Assembly (NCBI GenBank): GCA_963664015.2
Contig: CAXXLF010000002.1
Location: 288,001-352,000, forward strand
Direction: 5' to 3'
DNA: 64,000 nucleotides
Origin: Candidatus Binatia bacterium
GTDB taxonomy: Bacteria > Desulfobacterota > Binatia > UBA9968 > CAXXLF01
The notes beneath the pieces are model-generated. The model ran no database searches, was not told where the DNA came from, and saw nothing but the letters and a program-made list of their open reading frames with translations. Shown here in pieces: positions 39,899 to 49,584 of this stretch. The first letter of the stretch is position 1; every line of letters begins with the position of its first letter. Made by a program: the position numbers and the translations under genes.

Positions 39899-39926
39899 GG
39901 GTTTGGGTTTGGGTTTGGGTTTGGGG
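39899..39926 (+). repeat. (GGGTTT)4GGGG tandem repeat, potential G-quadruplex
   Basis: Read directly from the sequence; lies immediately upstream of the MFS RBS. Confidence 0.85.
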
Positions 39927-40203
39927 TCAGGTCTATGATTGTAGCCAAGGGTTAAGACGATTTCCCGCAAAAGTAATATAAATAAGCTGTTAAGGTTGCA
40001 TGTCTTAATCTGCTTCCGTTTACTGGACCGATCGAGGTCTTAGCGCCTGCCGTTTTTGATCTGACCGAGATGGCCCTTCATCAGTTCGGACGCCATTCAT
40101 TCCTAACTGATCCGTTTTCAGGGGTCCGGGTGACATGTTATCGCTATACGGAGAGAAAAAGACAGGGGGAACCTAAGCGAATACCCCCAAGCAAAAAGAA
40201 AAA

Positions 40204-40246
40204 TGCCCCCGGCGCGACTCGAACGCACGACCCCAGGATTAGGAAT
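40204..40246 (-). repeat. att site: duplicated 3' half of tRNA-Arg
   Basis: tgcccccggcgcgactcgaacgcacgaccccaggattaggaat is identical to 44706-44748. Confidence 0.95.
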
Positions 40247-40367
40247 TACGGGCTGCCCCTCAGCACACGTCTTCTTACTTGACGCAAGCTAGGAAAGTCA
40301 ACGGTTTTTCCCAACTGGCAACCTGAGGCAAGCTAACAGAAATCGACGCGATGAAGACATTCCATAT

Positions 40368-41484
40368 TCATACCCTACCTCTCCCCCCTCCCACCAGGAT
40401 ACTCGCCGCCAGGTTCTGAACGGACCGGGTTTCTTCCCTAATAAAGTGAGCGGAAATCTTCATCGTCACGGATGAGTCTTTGTGGCCCAGCAGGTAAGAG
40501 ACCTCGGGGGTCGGCCTCCCATCGGCCAGGAGTAGACTTGCGAAGCTATGCCGGAGCCCATGAGGGGTAAGTCTCTTGATCTCAGCTTTACCGATGGCCC
40601 TGTCCAGAAATTTACTTACGGTCTTCCGATGAAAGGGCTGCCCTCTTCCGTAGCAAAGATGAGATCCCGTTCGCTTCTCGGGCAGCGTAGTTTCCACACG
40701 TTGAACTCGCGGCCCAACTCGGACGGTAAGTCAATGGTCCGTCGGCTGGTTTTCGTTTGGGAGGCTGAAGGATAGGATCCTGGCCCTTGTCTGAGTCAGC
40801 CAAATTCAGCCACACATGGAGCTTGCCCGCTTTCAGGTCAACCGCAGGCCACGTAAGCCCCAGCACTTCCCCGATACGAAGGCCCATCAGCGTTGGCACC
40901 ATAACCACTAGCCGCTCAAGGCTTCCCGGCTCGGTCGCACTAATGAGCCTCCGGATTTCCTCTTTCGAGTAGACCTGATCCGGTTCGACATCATTGCTAT
41001 CCTCGTTCTCCGTCGCGACCTTAAGGTGCTCGGCTTCCTTGGCGGCGTTGTCTTTGATGAGCTTGTATCGCTTGGCTATCGCGAACACGGCGGTCAACGT
41101 GGTCAGAATCTTGTTCTCGGTCTTTGGGGACACCCGCCCCGCCCATTGAGCCGCCACCCCCTCGATCATTTCAACATCTACCAGGTGGACTCTGAGGGTT
41201 CCAAGCTCAGGCACGATGAAGTGGTCAACATGATTCTTCCATGCCTCCAGGGTTGAACGGCGGTAGGTCCCGGCATCGACCTTTCGTCTATGCCATTCCT
41301 GGGCTACCTCAGCGACCGTCTTCTCTGAGGGCTTCGCGTATTCCTGGCGCTGAACCTGTGCCCGCACTTCTTTCTCGAAGGCGGCCGCTTCCCTATGGGT
41401 GCGAAAGGTCCGCTGGATCCTCCGCCTTTGTTGGTCGCGGAAATCAACGGCAAACGTCCCGACCCGAGTCTTGTTGATGGCCAT
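40368..41484 (-). pseudogene. phage-type tyrosine recombinase/integrase, inactivated
   Basis: GLRIGEVLGLTW and HGLRHSFAS...LLGH. Two frameshifts (about 40757 and about 40633), and the catalytic Tyr position reads Ser (VTMKISAH). Confidence 0.9.
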
Positions 41485-41485
41485 G

Positions 41486-41677
41486 CTACTTCCTCCCTCT
41501 GGGTTTTCTCATTTTCAGGAGCAGATATTTAACAGCGAGCTCAGTTGTCCGCATGATCGGCTGTTCACCCCTCTCCATTCTCGCCACGCTATTGCGCTGC
41601 ATGCCCAGCGCATCGGCCAGGCTGGCCTGGGTCATGCCCAGCTGCTTCCTCGCTCTCTTTATCTCTGCTTCTGTCAT
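41486..41677 (-). CDS. XRE family helix-turn-helix regulator
   Basis: IKRARKQLGMTQASLADALG.....VARMERGE. Confidence 0.88.
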   Translation of the reverse strand: MTEAEIKRARKQLGMTQASLADALGMQRNSVARMERGEQPIMRTTELAVKYLLLKMRKPRGRK

Positions 41678-41743
41678 GATGATACATTATGTATCATGGC
41701 CATAGGGCTGTCTCAACTGACTCCATTGTTATTTTTTTGCTTT

Positions 41744-41977
41744 CTAAAAAAGACTCCACATCACGCCGCTTAAAAAGCACATGCGCCCCGGTTTTGTCCT
41801 GGCGATATCGCCGGCCCTCCCCCGTTCCTCAAACCAAGTTTGCGGAAGGCCGTAGAGCTGCCCGCTTCCTTTGCTCGTATCCACTTCTTGCTGTCGGCCA
41901 GGACCTTCGGGCTGGCTAATTCGCCTATAGCCGCCTGGACCTCCTCCCGGACGATCCGCCTTAAAAGGGCCACCCAT
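41744..41977 (-). pseudogene. excisionase-like HTH protein, frameshifted
   Basis: Joining two frames gives LRRIVREEVQAAI...KWIRAKEA/GQLYGLPQTWFEERGRAGDIARTKPGR. Confidence 0.55.
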
Positions 41978-42035
41978 CGCCTCGTGTGAAAATATAATAT
42001 AATTTTTCTGTCACCACCCAACGAGGCTCTTTCAC

Positions 42036-42248
42036 TCACCACACTCGGTATCGCCCCTCCCCCCCCTGGTACTGTGTCCTTTGTGGTGGATGCTGTGGCC
42101 CTCCGATTTCATTTAGACCGTGGTTCAGCCCAGATCTTCGGTCCAACCCATCGCAGTTCAGGCTCACTCTATAGGCATGTAGCCCATGCGGGAGAGCGTT
42201 CTTGGTCCCTAGGGGTCCGCTCCTGCCATGCCTGCCATTGGTGTTCAC
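42036..42248 (-). CDS. hypothetical mobile-element protein fragment with GxKNAxxHG motif
   Basis: GPLGTKNALPHGLHAY resembles the GNxNAxKHG motif of terminase-small-like proteins; GGGAGG RBS. Probably truncated. Confidence 0.45.
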   Translation of the reverse strand: MNTNGRHGRSGPLGTKNALPHGLHAYRVSLNCDGLDRRSGLNHGLNEIGGPQHPPQRTQYQGGEGRYRVW

Positions 42249-42582
42249 GCAACCTCCCTACGTGGAGACATCATGGAGACATGACCTTCTAAGGTTTCAG
42301 CAACACTAGAGTTTTTCTTGAACCCAGGAGATCCAATCCTGTGGCGATGCTCAAGCGGCGTTCATCAACCGCGTCGTCAACCGGAGGCTCTCAGATCGGA
42401 GAGCAGGGGAGGAGATGCTGGCAAATCTCAAGGTGTAACGTAATCACCCCGACTCCTCCAAGGCATTGGCCTGATGCGAGGCGGTGGGCTGAAAAGAGTA
42501 ATTGGGCTGGCATCCATTTGGTGCAACGATCCATAGGACTCAATTAATGCGTCGCTTAATTGTGTTCTGTGGGATTATTTGG

Positions 42583-42705
42583 CATGAACGTCCTACATCA
42601 GTTGCCCGCTTTGGAGTTACGGCTTAACTTGGCAGAAGATACTGCCTTGAATCTGCAAGAAAAATCGGTTGCGAATTACGGGTCAACTGAATGTGCTGGC
42701 TCGGC
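42583..42705 (-). other. attC recombination site downstream of mscS
   Basis: Minus strand reads GCCGAGC-cagc-ACA(T)TCAGTTG(A)CCCG...CGGGCAACTGATGT-aggac-GTTCATG. It has two extrahelical bases; the R'' box is AGC rather than AAC. Confidence 0.7.
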
Positions 42706-42764
42706 GGTTTTTGCCGTTTGATTCATCCGTGGCGAGGAATTAAATTGAAAAGATCTGTCCCCAT

Positions 42765-43586
42765 TTAATTCTTTTCTGGCGTGTTTCCAAAATAGACTTT
42801 AGTGTGGGGCCAGGGAATCTCGATACCTTCCTGGTCAAAACGGTTCTTGATCCGTTTGCGTAGTTCTCCAGTTAGTCCCCACTGTTCTCCAGGCTTGGTA
42901 TAGCCCCGAATACAAATGTCGACGCCATGGTCACCAAGATCACTAACACGCATCGCCGACGGAGTCGTTGTTAAGTTCGTTCCAAAATCGGGGTCATCTT
43001 TCAGTTCCTGGCACACCCCGTCAATAACTTGATAGACATGGCTGATATCCTCTTTATAAGCCACCGTAACATATAGATTGATCCGCGCCCAGTCTCTGGT
43101 CTGATTACTGGCAAATTGTATCTGACTATTGGGTATTACATGCATTGTGCCATTTATTTCTCGTAAAACTGTACGCCTCGGATCTACTGTCTCAACTTCT
43201 CCTTCCATTCCCGCAATGGTAACCCAATCACCAATCCGGTACCAGTCCTCCATTACGATGAAGAAGCCCTGAAGATAATCGCGAATGAAGTTTTGAACAG
43301 CAAAACCAAGTGCCAGACTGGCAACACCGAGTGTCGCCAGCAAGGGTGTAATATCTACTTCAATAACACCCAGAACCATCACAATGGCAATGATCCAGAT
43401 AATAATTGCGATAATTCTTATAAGGACAGAAGCAATTGTTTTGGAGCGGGTGGATAACTGATTCTGTGATTCTACCCGGATCTTCGGGATACTCGCGATT
43501 ATTACCCTCGGTATTATCTTTTTCTGAATAATATTGAGTGCAATAGCGATAGCAAGAATGATTACAACCTTTACTGCGATTCCCAT
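42765..43586 (-). CDS. mscS: small-conductance mechanosensitive channel
   Basis: Three TMs, LALGFAVQN, YRIGDWV, G.VE, HVIPNS and GIEIPWP. Visibly AT-richer than the flanking chromosome. Confidence 0.9.
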   Translation of the reverse strand: MGIAVKVVIILAIAIALNIIQKKIIPRVIIASIPKIRVESQNQLSTRSKTIASVLIRIIAIIIWIIAIVMVLGVIEVDITPLLATLGVASLALGFAVQNFIRDYLQGFFIVMEDWYRIGDWVTIAGMEGEVETVDPRRTVLREINGTMHVIPNSQIQFASNQTRDWARINLYVTVAYKEDISHVYQVIDGVCQELKDDPDFGTNLTTTPSAMRVSDLGDHGVDICIRGYTKPGEQWGLTGELRKRIKNRFDQEGIEIPWPHTKVYFGNTPEKN

Positions 43587-43673
43587 AATCGTAGTTAGAT
43601 TAAGAACGGAATCAAATGTAAGAATGAGATACCTCCTTCGGACAATTTACTTGTATGCCCCTTAAGTTAGGAC

Positions 43674-43752
43674 CCCGAACGTTCAGGCTGAGCAGCCGAG
43701 TCCCGCCCATCAAGCGGCGGGACGAAAGTCTGTCTCAAGCCGGTGGTTAGAA
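43674..43752 (-). other. attC recombination site
   Basis: Minus strand reads TTCTAAC-cacc-GGC(T)TGAG(A)CAG...GTCCCGCC/GGCGGGAC...CTGCTCAGCC-tgaac-GTTCGGG, starting 18 bp after the cassette stop codon. Confidence 0.82.
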
Positions 43753-43769
43753 TATCTACCCCATGGAAA

Positions 43770-44280
43770 CTATCTATTGGCCCTTCGAAAAGACTTGTCG
43801 TAAATCACTATCTTGTCAATTCCATCAAACCAATTAGATATCCAAGACCTTTTTAACCAAATGATCACTCCATCGCAAACCCACGTTTTAGCATTGTCTT
43901 TTGTTCTCCCCGGTGCCACAAGAGGCGAGCCGTAAATCCTTTCAACATCTTACAAAGATGATCGCAGAGTAATGCCTTTTGAAGTTTTTCCGTCGAAATT
44001 AGGTAACGTGCTGATAGTGTTCAAAGTGTCATCATGAAAGTTGATTTTCAAACCTACACTCGAATAGACATAGTTTCTGCTATCTTCAGCTTTGGTTGAT
44101 TGAACAGAGTCCGGCTTTCCTAGCGATCGAATAACGTCATCCACTTTGCTGCTACCGACTACTAGATCTTCAAAACCCTTCCCCTCTATTAGGATTTTGT
44201 CCTGGGCAGACGACATTGATATCAATCCTAAAAAGAGGAACCAACGTAAGAAACAGTTTTAACACGTTCGCCTGAACCAT
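43770..44280 (-). pseudogene. cassette-borne putative secreted protein, disrupted
   Basis: ATG at 44280 with a frameshifted signal peptide. After the in-frame TAA at 43952-43950 the frame continues as DVERIYGSP...KIVIYDKSFRRANR-TAG. Confidence 0.6.
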
Positions 44281-44288
44281 TTTGAGTA

Positions 44289-44349
44289 TTCCAACAAGTA
44301 ATATGCTGATCTGCATATCTCCGGTTTATTTCGGCATATCACGTTCACC
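44289..44349 (-). other. attI-like or atypical att site heading the cassette array
   Basis: Minus strand reads GGTGAAC-GTGATATGCCGA...TCAGCATATTAC-tt-GTTGGAA. The GTT lies 15 bp before the first cassette ATG. Confidence 0.45.
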
Positions 44350-44705
44350 ATAATCTGTCTGCAGGGCTTTGGACGGCCTTACTTCCGCAATTAGAACGCA
44401 TTTAAATAGCTCATTAATTGCGTTCTGGAGGCCCAATGAAGAGCAAACCCACGCCCAGAGCGGTTCTGAGCCTAACTGGAAGTTACATTTAATGAGTTCG
44501 CTTCTGAGCGGTCTTAGAAGGTCAGTAATGATTACCCCAAAAAGCTTGGATTGGATAAAATTGGATCTAAGGACTTTGAAAAATGAGATGGCTTTGGATC
44601 CGACCCACCAATGCCCCTCGCCTCCAATTGGCCCCGTGGAGACATTTTGGAGACATTGGTAGTATAAGAACAGGTGGGTGCCTGGCTAAGTGCTTGAAAA
44701 GAAAA

Positions 44706-44779
44706 TGCCCCCGGCGCGACTCGAACGCACGACCCCAGGATTAGGAATCCTGTGCTCTATCCACCTGAGCTACGGGGGC
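44706..44779 (-). tRNA. tRNA-Arg(CCT)
   Basis: GCCCCCG/CGGGGGC acceptor stem, CAGGA-TTCCTAA-TCCTG anticodon arm and GTTCGAG T-loop; CCA not encoded. Confidence 0.97.
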
Positions 44780-45589
44780 ACAGGGTGAACTTACCAGATC
44801 TCAAGAAAAATTTTAAGTGACCCGTTGAACCAACCTCGATTTACCTGGCACTGCATGTAAAGGTCGGTTTTGAGTTATTACCCGGACCCTGTTTTACGAT
44901 TCATCCGATCCCATTCAGAAGAATGAACCACTAATGGATTCGCCTGGGTGAGTCAAGCTTTCTTGATTACCAAAATGACTGGTACGGAGTTGCAACCAGC
45001 CGTAAAGCGGATTGCCTAAACCCTGGGCTAAGGTAAAATCAAACCAGCAGTACGCTGCCCGTTTAGTCAACATATCAACGGGTTACATGTAATTACTTAA
45101 CGCATAACCCATGATTCATTATAGAACTCACGGCACAACCGCCCCTTCCGTATTCAACGCCAAATTTCACGGACAATTCTAGACAGAATCTACCTGCCGC
45201 TGAGATTAGGTGTGGGGAGTGACACCACCACCTCGGTGTTTCCATCCCAGAGCCGGTGCACGCACGTGCACAGATCAACCCAATTCGCCTATCCTTAAGA
45301 TCGCCGTATTTTGGAAGAAATTGGGCAAAGTTACACAGAATCGAATGGTTGTCGGAGAAAGATGAGAACAATTCCATTCCAAATCAGCACCTTACCTATG
45401 GCGCCCCTTTTGCTAGAACAGAAACGTGCCCTTCAAACCGATGATAAATATTATATAAAGGAAACAGAGATGCAGGAACTGGCATGGAGTTATCGGGAAC
45501 GGTTAGCAGTCGCCTGGGTCTTCTGGTGGCGCGCTTCGATCATCGGCGCGGGGGGCTACTTTCTAGCTTAAAATATCGTAAGGATACTG

Positions 45590-45952
45590 CAGCACTCCAA
45601 AAAAAATGATTGGCCTGGCCAAACATTGGACCTACTCCACCCATCTGGAAAATCAGCCATTGAATGACTTGGTATCGGGTTGCTGGCTCACTGAGTAACA
45701 GTTTAGTCGTCTTCTCTGCCAGATACGTCAGGATGGCACCGGATTCGAACAGTGTGGAGGGTTTCCCGTTGGGTCCTTCGCGATCAACAATGGTTGGGAT
45801 CTTGTTGTTTGGGTTCAGGGCCAGGTATTCAGGGGCCAACTGTTCATCTTTGGAAAGATTGATGGAATTAACCTCATAGGGTAGGGCCACCTCCTCAAGC
45901 ATGATGAAACATTGCGGCCGTTTGGAGTTTTCCACGAATAAAGATCGATCAT
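45590..45952 (-). pseudogene. glutathione S-transferase (YfcG-like), frameshifted and truncated
   Basis: [13 protein letters not shown], a frameshift, then IMLEE...[12 protein letters not shown]...LFESGAIL...[11 protein letters not shown]. The C-terminal half is missing. Confidence 0.85.
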
Positions 45953-45975
45953 GAGTCAATTCCTTTTAGGGGTCC

Positions 45976-46788
45976 CTATGCTGAAAGGAAAGCCAACACC
46001 TTCCGCGCAAAATCCTCCTCAGCATCCCACATGACCATATGCGCCGCATTCTCAATCAGTTCGATTTTCAGGTTTGGTTCTTTCTCCATGAGCAAGGCGC
46101 ACTTCTTGGCTGCCGAACCACGATCATGGGTCCCATAGAGCATAAACAAGGGAGCTTGCACTCCCTTAAGCCGCTGCCATAAGGGCACCCCCTCTTTTCG
46201 CGGCTCCCGTGCTTTGTTTCGCTCCAAAAAAGCCTGAAAATTCTTTCCAACGCTCATCTGATGCCGTTGTTCCAAAACCTTAGGGGTAATAAGAGACTTG
46301 TTGAACAGGTTTTCCTCAAGAAGCTTCCTTGTATCTTCCAGGGTCGGCTCTGATGGACTCTCTTCCTCCCCGCCCCCACCACGACCCGATGGTTTCTGAT
46401 CCGGCAAGGGGGGAAGAAGGCTTCCTGTCGCCGCAGTAATCACCTGACTGACCCGATCGGGGTGCTCCAAGGCCAATTGTAGGACAATGGCTCCTGTCAT
46501 GGAATGACCAAGCAAGCAGGACTGCTCAAGCTCCAAGGCGTCCATGAATTTCAACACAAAGGACTTCTGATAGGACGCACTGTAATCCTTGGGGTTGTCC
46601 GAAAGCCCGTATCCGGGTCGATCAAAGGCAATGGCGCGGAATCCACCTTGTGCCAACTGACTCAAGGTCGCCTCCCACACATCGGCAGCCGAGCCTAAAG
46701 AAGCCCCGTGCAATAACACGACGGGTGTGCCGGAGCCCTCTTCCAAATACCGAATCTTCAATCCATCAACCTGAATAGAGTTTTCCAT
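45976..46788 (-). CDS. alpha/beta fold hydrolase
   Basis: LLHG, DRPGYGLS, GHSMTG nucleophile elbow, GTHD and AAH. Confidence 0.92.
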   Translation of the reverse strand: MENSIQVDGLKIRYLEEGSGTPVVLLHGASLGSAADVWEATLSQLAQGGFRAIAFDRPGYGLSDNPKDYSASYQKSFVLKFMDALELEQSCLLGHSMTGAIVLQLALEHPDRVSQVITAATGSLLPPLPDQKPSGRGGGGEEESPSEPTLEDTRKLLEENLFNKSLITPKVLEQRHQMSVGKNFQAFLERNKAREPRKEGVPLWQRLKGVQAPLFMLYGTHDRGSAAKKCALLMEKEPNLKIELIENAAHMVMWDAEEDFARKVLAFLSA

Positions 46789-47004
46789 ATGATCTCCTAT
46801 ATGGATTATTAGTACCCGTGACCTAAGGATTCATACCGCTATCCACTTTATGAATCTACCTCGATCTGAAATTCCACTAGGGGCAAGATTCAAACAGACG
46901 CCAAATGTTGAAGTTCAATGACATATCAAACTTGACATTTTTCCGACGATACAATAATGAGGGTGGCACCTACAGGCCAAGTCTCAGGGAGGGAGGGGCC
47001 ACCC

Positions 47005-48225
47005 ATGCAAACACTGGGTTCTGATATGCAAAACTTGCAGGCAGCATGCGAATCAGACAATACACGATTGATCGGGCATCACGACCTGGATGGTAGCGGC
47101 GACGGGATGCAAATTGTCAAGTACGGCCAGTACGCCTATATTGCCCACGTGGGGCAGAGTAGGATGGCCCTTTCCATCCTGGATGTTTCCGATCCAGAGA
47201 ATTCTCGCTTGATCCGCCAGATCCCCCATCCTCCCAATACTCACAACCACAAGGTTCAAATTGTCGGCAACACGTTAATTCAGAATAGTGAATTCATCTC
47301 CTATATTCCCAGGACTGGACCCGAAGAGCCTGTCAGTGGCTTAATAATATATAACATCGACGACCCCGTGGATCCAAAATCGGTTGGTTTTTATCCGGTA
47401 GAGATGCCGGGAGTCCACCGCATTTGGTACCGGGAGGCGCCTTACGCTCATATAGCAGCATCAGTTCCAGGGACAAAATCCCGAGGCTACCACATTGTCG
47501 ACCTTTCCAATCCTACCGAACCCAAAATGATTGGCTGCTGGTGGGTGCCGGGTTCCAAGGAACATGATTCAAGGCCATGGCAGCCTCTGGACCCTACCCA
47601 GAATCATTTCCAGGTACACGGTGCCATTCCCCATGGGAACCGCGCCTATGTTTCCTGTATCGACGCGGGCATGGCCATTCTCGATATCAGCGATCTCAGT
47701 TCTCCGACACTCATCAGCCATATTAACTGGAACCCACCTTACGGCGGCTACTCGCACACATCCTTACCACTGCCTGGCCGTGGACTCTTGATCGAAGTAT
47801 GCGAGTACTTGGGAGACAACCCCGAACGAAATGGAGACAAACGCATCTGGGTCATTGATATTCGAGACGAGCGCCAACCCGTGATCATCAGTAGCTTCCC
47901 GAAACCCCGCCCACCAAAGAACTCCCCCTGGAAGGATCTCCCCGATCATCTTCTGCCATACGGACCCCATAACGTACACGAGCACTATCCTAAAAGTTTT
48001 ACGAACGAAAATCTTATTTTCTCCACTTGGCTTAGTGCAGGCCTCCGTATTACCGATATTAGTGAGGCGGATCGTCCAACGGAAGTGGGCCGTTTCGTAC
48101 CGCCTCCTCCACCCGGCCAGCAAGTGCCGAGGGTCAACGACCTTTACGTGGACGCCGATCGTTTGATCTATCTCACTGATCGACGGAGAGGTGGCGTATA
48201 CATAGTCGAATATACAGGTCATTAA
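47005..48225 (+). CDS. LVIVD-repeat beta-propeller protein (copy 1)
   Basis: Repeated ILDVSDP/IVDLSNP/ILDISD/ITDISE units and conserved His motifs. Confidence 0.85.
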   Translation: MQTLGSDMQNLQAACESDNTRLIGHHDLDGSGDGMQIVKYGQYAYIAHVGQSRMALSILDVSDPENSRLIRQIPHPPNTHNHKVQIVGNTLIQNSEFISYIPRTGPEEPVSGLIIYNIDDPVDPKSVGFYPVEMPGVHRIWYREAPYAHIAASVPGTKSRGYHIVDLSNPTEPKMIGCWWVPGSKEHDSRPWQPLDPTQNHFQVHGAIPHGNRAYVSCIDAGMAILDISDLSSPTLISHINWNPPYGGYSHTSLPLPGRGLLIEVCEYLGDNPERNGDKRIWVIDIRDERQPVIISSFPKPRPPKNSPWKDLPDHLLPYGPHNVHEHYPKSFTNENLIFSTWLSAGLRITDISEADRPTEVGRFVPPPPPGQQVPRVNDLYVDADRLIYLTDRRRGGVYIVEYTGH

Positions 48226-48316
48226 AAGATCAGAAGTTCTGAACCCTTGACTTCCCATCCCTCCACAAATAAAAAAGGTAACTACCAAATATATATCCCG
48301 GGGAGTTTTCTGGCAC

Positions 48317-49537
48317 ATGCAAACCACTGGTTCTAACCTCCGTAAGATGCAGGATGAGTGCTACACGGAGAACACGCGTCTCATTGGCCATCACGACCTG
48401 GATGGTAGCGGCGACGGGATGCAAATTATCAAGTACGGGCAATACGCTTATGTCGCCCATGTCGGCACAAGCAAGATGGCCCTTTCCATCCTGGACGTTT
48501 CCGATCCAGAGAATCCTCGCTTGATTCGCCAGATCCCCCATCCACCGAATACCCATAACCACAAGGTCCAGATCGTTGGCAACACGTTGATCCAGAACAG
48601 CGAGTTCATTTCCTATATACCCAGGACTGGACCTGAAGAACCAGTCTCGGGACTTAATGTGTACAACATCGATGACCCAACTGACCCGAAACTAGTTGCA
48701 TTTTATCCTGTGGCGACCCGTGGCGTGCACCGCATATGGTTCCGCGACGCACCCTACGCTCACATTGCCGCTCCAACCCCAGGGACAAAATCTCGTGGTT
48801 ACCATATCGTGGACCTTTCAAAACCGTCCGAGCCAAAAATGGTCGGGTGTTGGTGGCTACCAGGTGCCAAGGAAGACGATCCGGAAAAATGGAAAGCCCT
48901 CGACCCAACCCATGATCACTTCCAAGTGCACGGGGCCATCCCAAATGGAGACCGCGCCTATGTTTCTTGTACTGACGCGGGGATGTGCATTCTCGACATT
49001 AGCAATATCAATTCCCCCAAACTCATCAGTCGCATCAACTGGAGCCCACCCTATGGCGGCTACGCGCACACCTCTCTGCCGCTGCCCGGGCGGGGGCTCC
49101 TCATTGAAGTCTGTGAGTGGCTGACTGGCGGCCTCGAAAAAAACGGCGACAAGCGGATCTGGGTGATGGATATTCGAGATGAGCGCCAACCGGTCATGAT
49201 CAGCAGCTTTCCAAAACCCAAGCCACCAAAGAATTCACCTTGGAAGAGCTTCCACGATCGCCCCCTGCGCTTCGGCCCGCACAACGTTCACGAGAATTAT
49301 CTCAACGGGTTAAAGAGCGAGGAACTGATCTTTTCCACGTGGTTCAACGCCGGCATGCGCATCACCGATATCAGCGATGCAGATCGGCCAACTGAAGTGG
49401 GCTATTTCATCCCCCCGCCCCCACCCGGTGAGGAGGCACCAGAAACCAACGATATTTACGTGGATTCGGATAAATTGATCTACCTAACCGATAGACGCAG
49501 GGGTGGAATGTATATTGTGGAATATACAAGTCAATAA
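48317..49537 (+). CDS. LVIVD-repeat beta-propeller protein (copy 2)
   Basis: Close paralog of copy 1, with long identical stretches such as RQIPHPPNTHNHKVQIVGNTLIQNSEFISYIPRTGPEEPVSGL. Confidence 0.87.
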   Translation: MQTTGSNLRKMQDECYTENTRLIGHHDLDGSGDGMQIIKYGQYAYVAHVGTSKMALSILDVSDPENPRLIRQIPHPPNTHNHKVQIVGNTLIQNSEFISYIPRTGPEEPVSGLNVYNIDDPTDPKLVAFYPVATRGVHRIWFRDAPYAHIAAPTPGTKSRGYHIVDLSKPSEPKMVGCWWLPGAKEDDPEKWKALDPTHDHFQVHGAIPNGDRAYVSCTDAGMCILDISNINSPKLISRINWSPPYGGYAHTSLPLPGRGLLIEVCEWLTGGLEKNGDKRIWVMDIRDERQPVMISSFPKPKPPKNSPWKSFHDRPLRFGPHNVHENYLNGLKSEELIFSTWFNAGMRITDISDADRPTEVGYFIPPPPPGEEAPETNDIYVDSDKLIYLTDRRRGGMYIVEYTSQ

Positions 49538-49584
49538 CAAACCAGTGACCGACCTCAAGAAACGGCAAGGGAGATCCAGGGATC

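Larger units (their letters stand above)
40204..44748. mobile_element. genomic island integrated in tRNA-Arg(CCT)
   Basis: 43 bp direct repeat (40204-40246 = 44706-44748, the tRNA 3' half). Contains a tyrosine integrase, an XRE regulator, an excisionase remnant and attC cassettes. Confidence 0.9.

Noticed and set aside
40070-40282. Second tRNA-Arg gene or a small ORF
   Set aside because: Only the 3' 43 nt of the tRNA are present, with no D-arm or 5' acceptor strand. It is an att repeat, and the ORF is a shadow.
40368-41484. Integron integrase for the attC array
   Set aside because: It has an N-terminal arm-binding region, sits by a tRNA att repeat and shows no IntI-specific insertion, so it is phage-type.
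44790-45460. Possible ncRNA in the long intergenic region
   Set aside because: No recognisable family motif or convincing structure by eye. An Rfam search would be needed.
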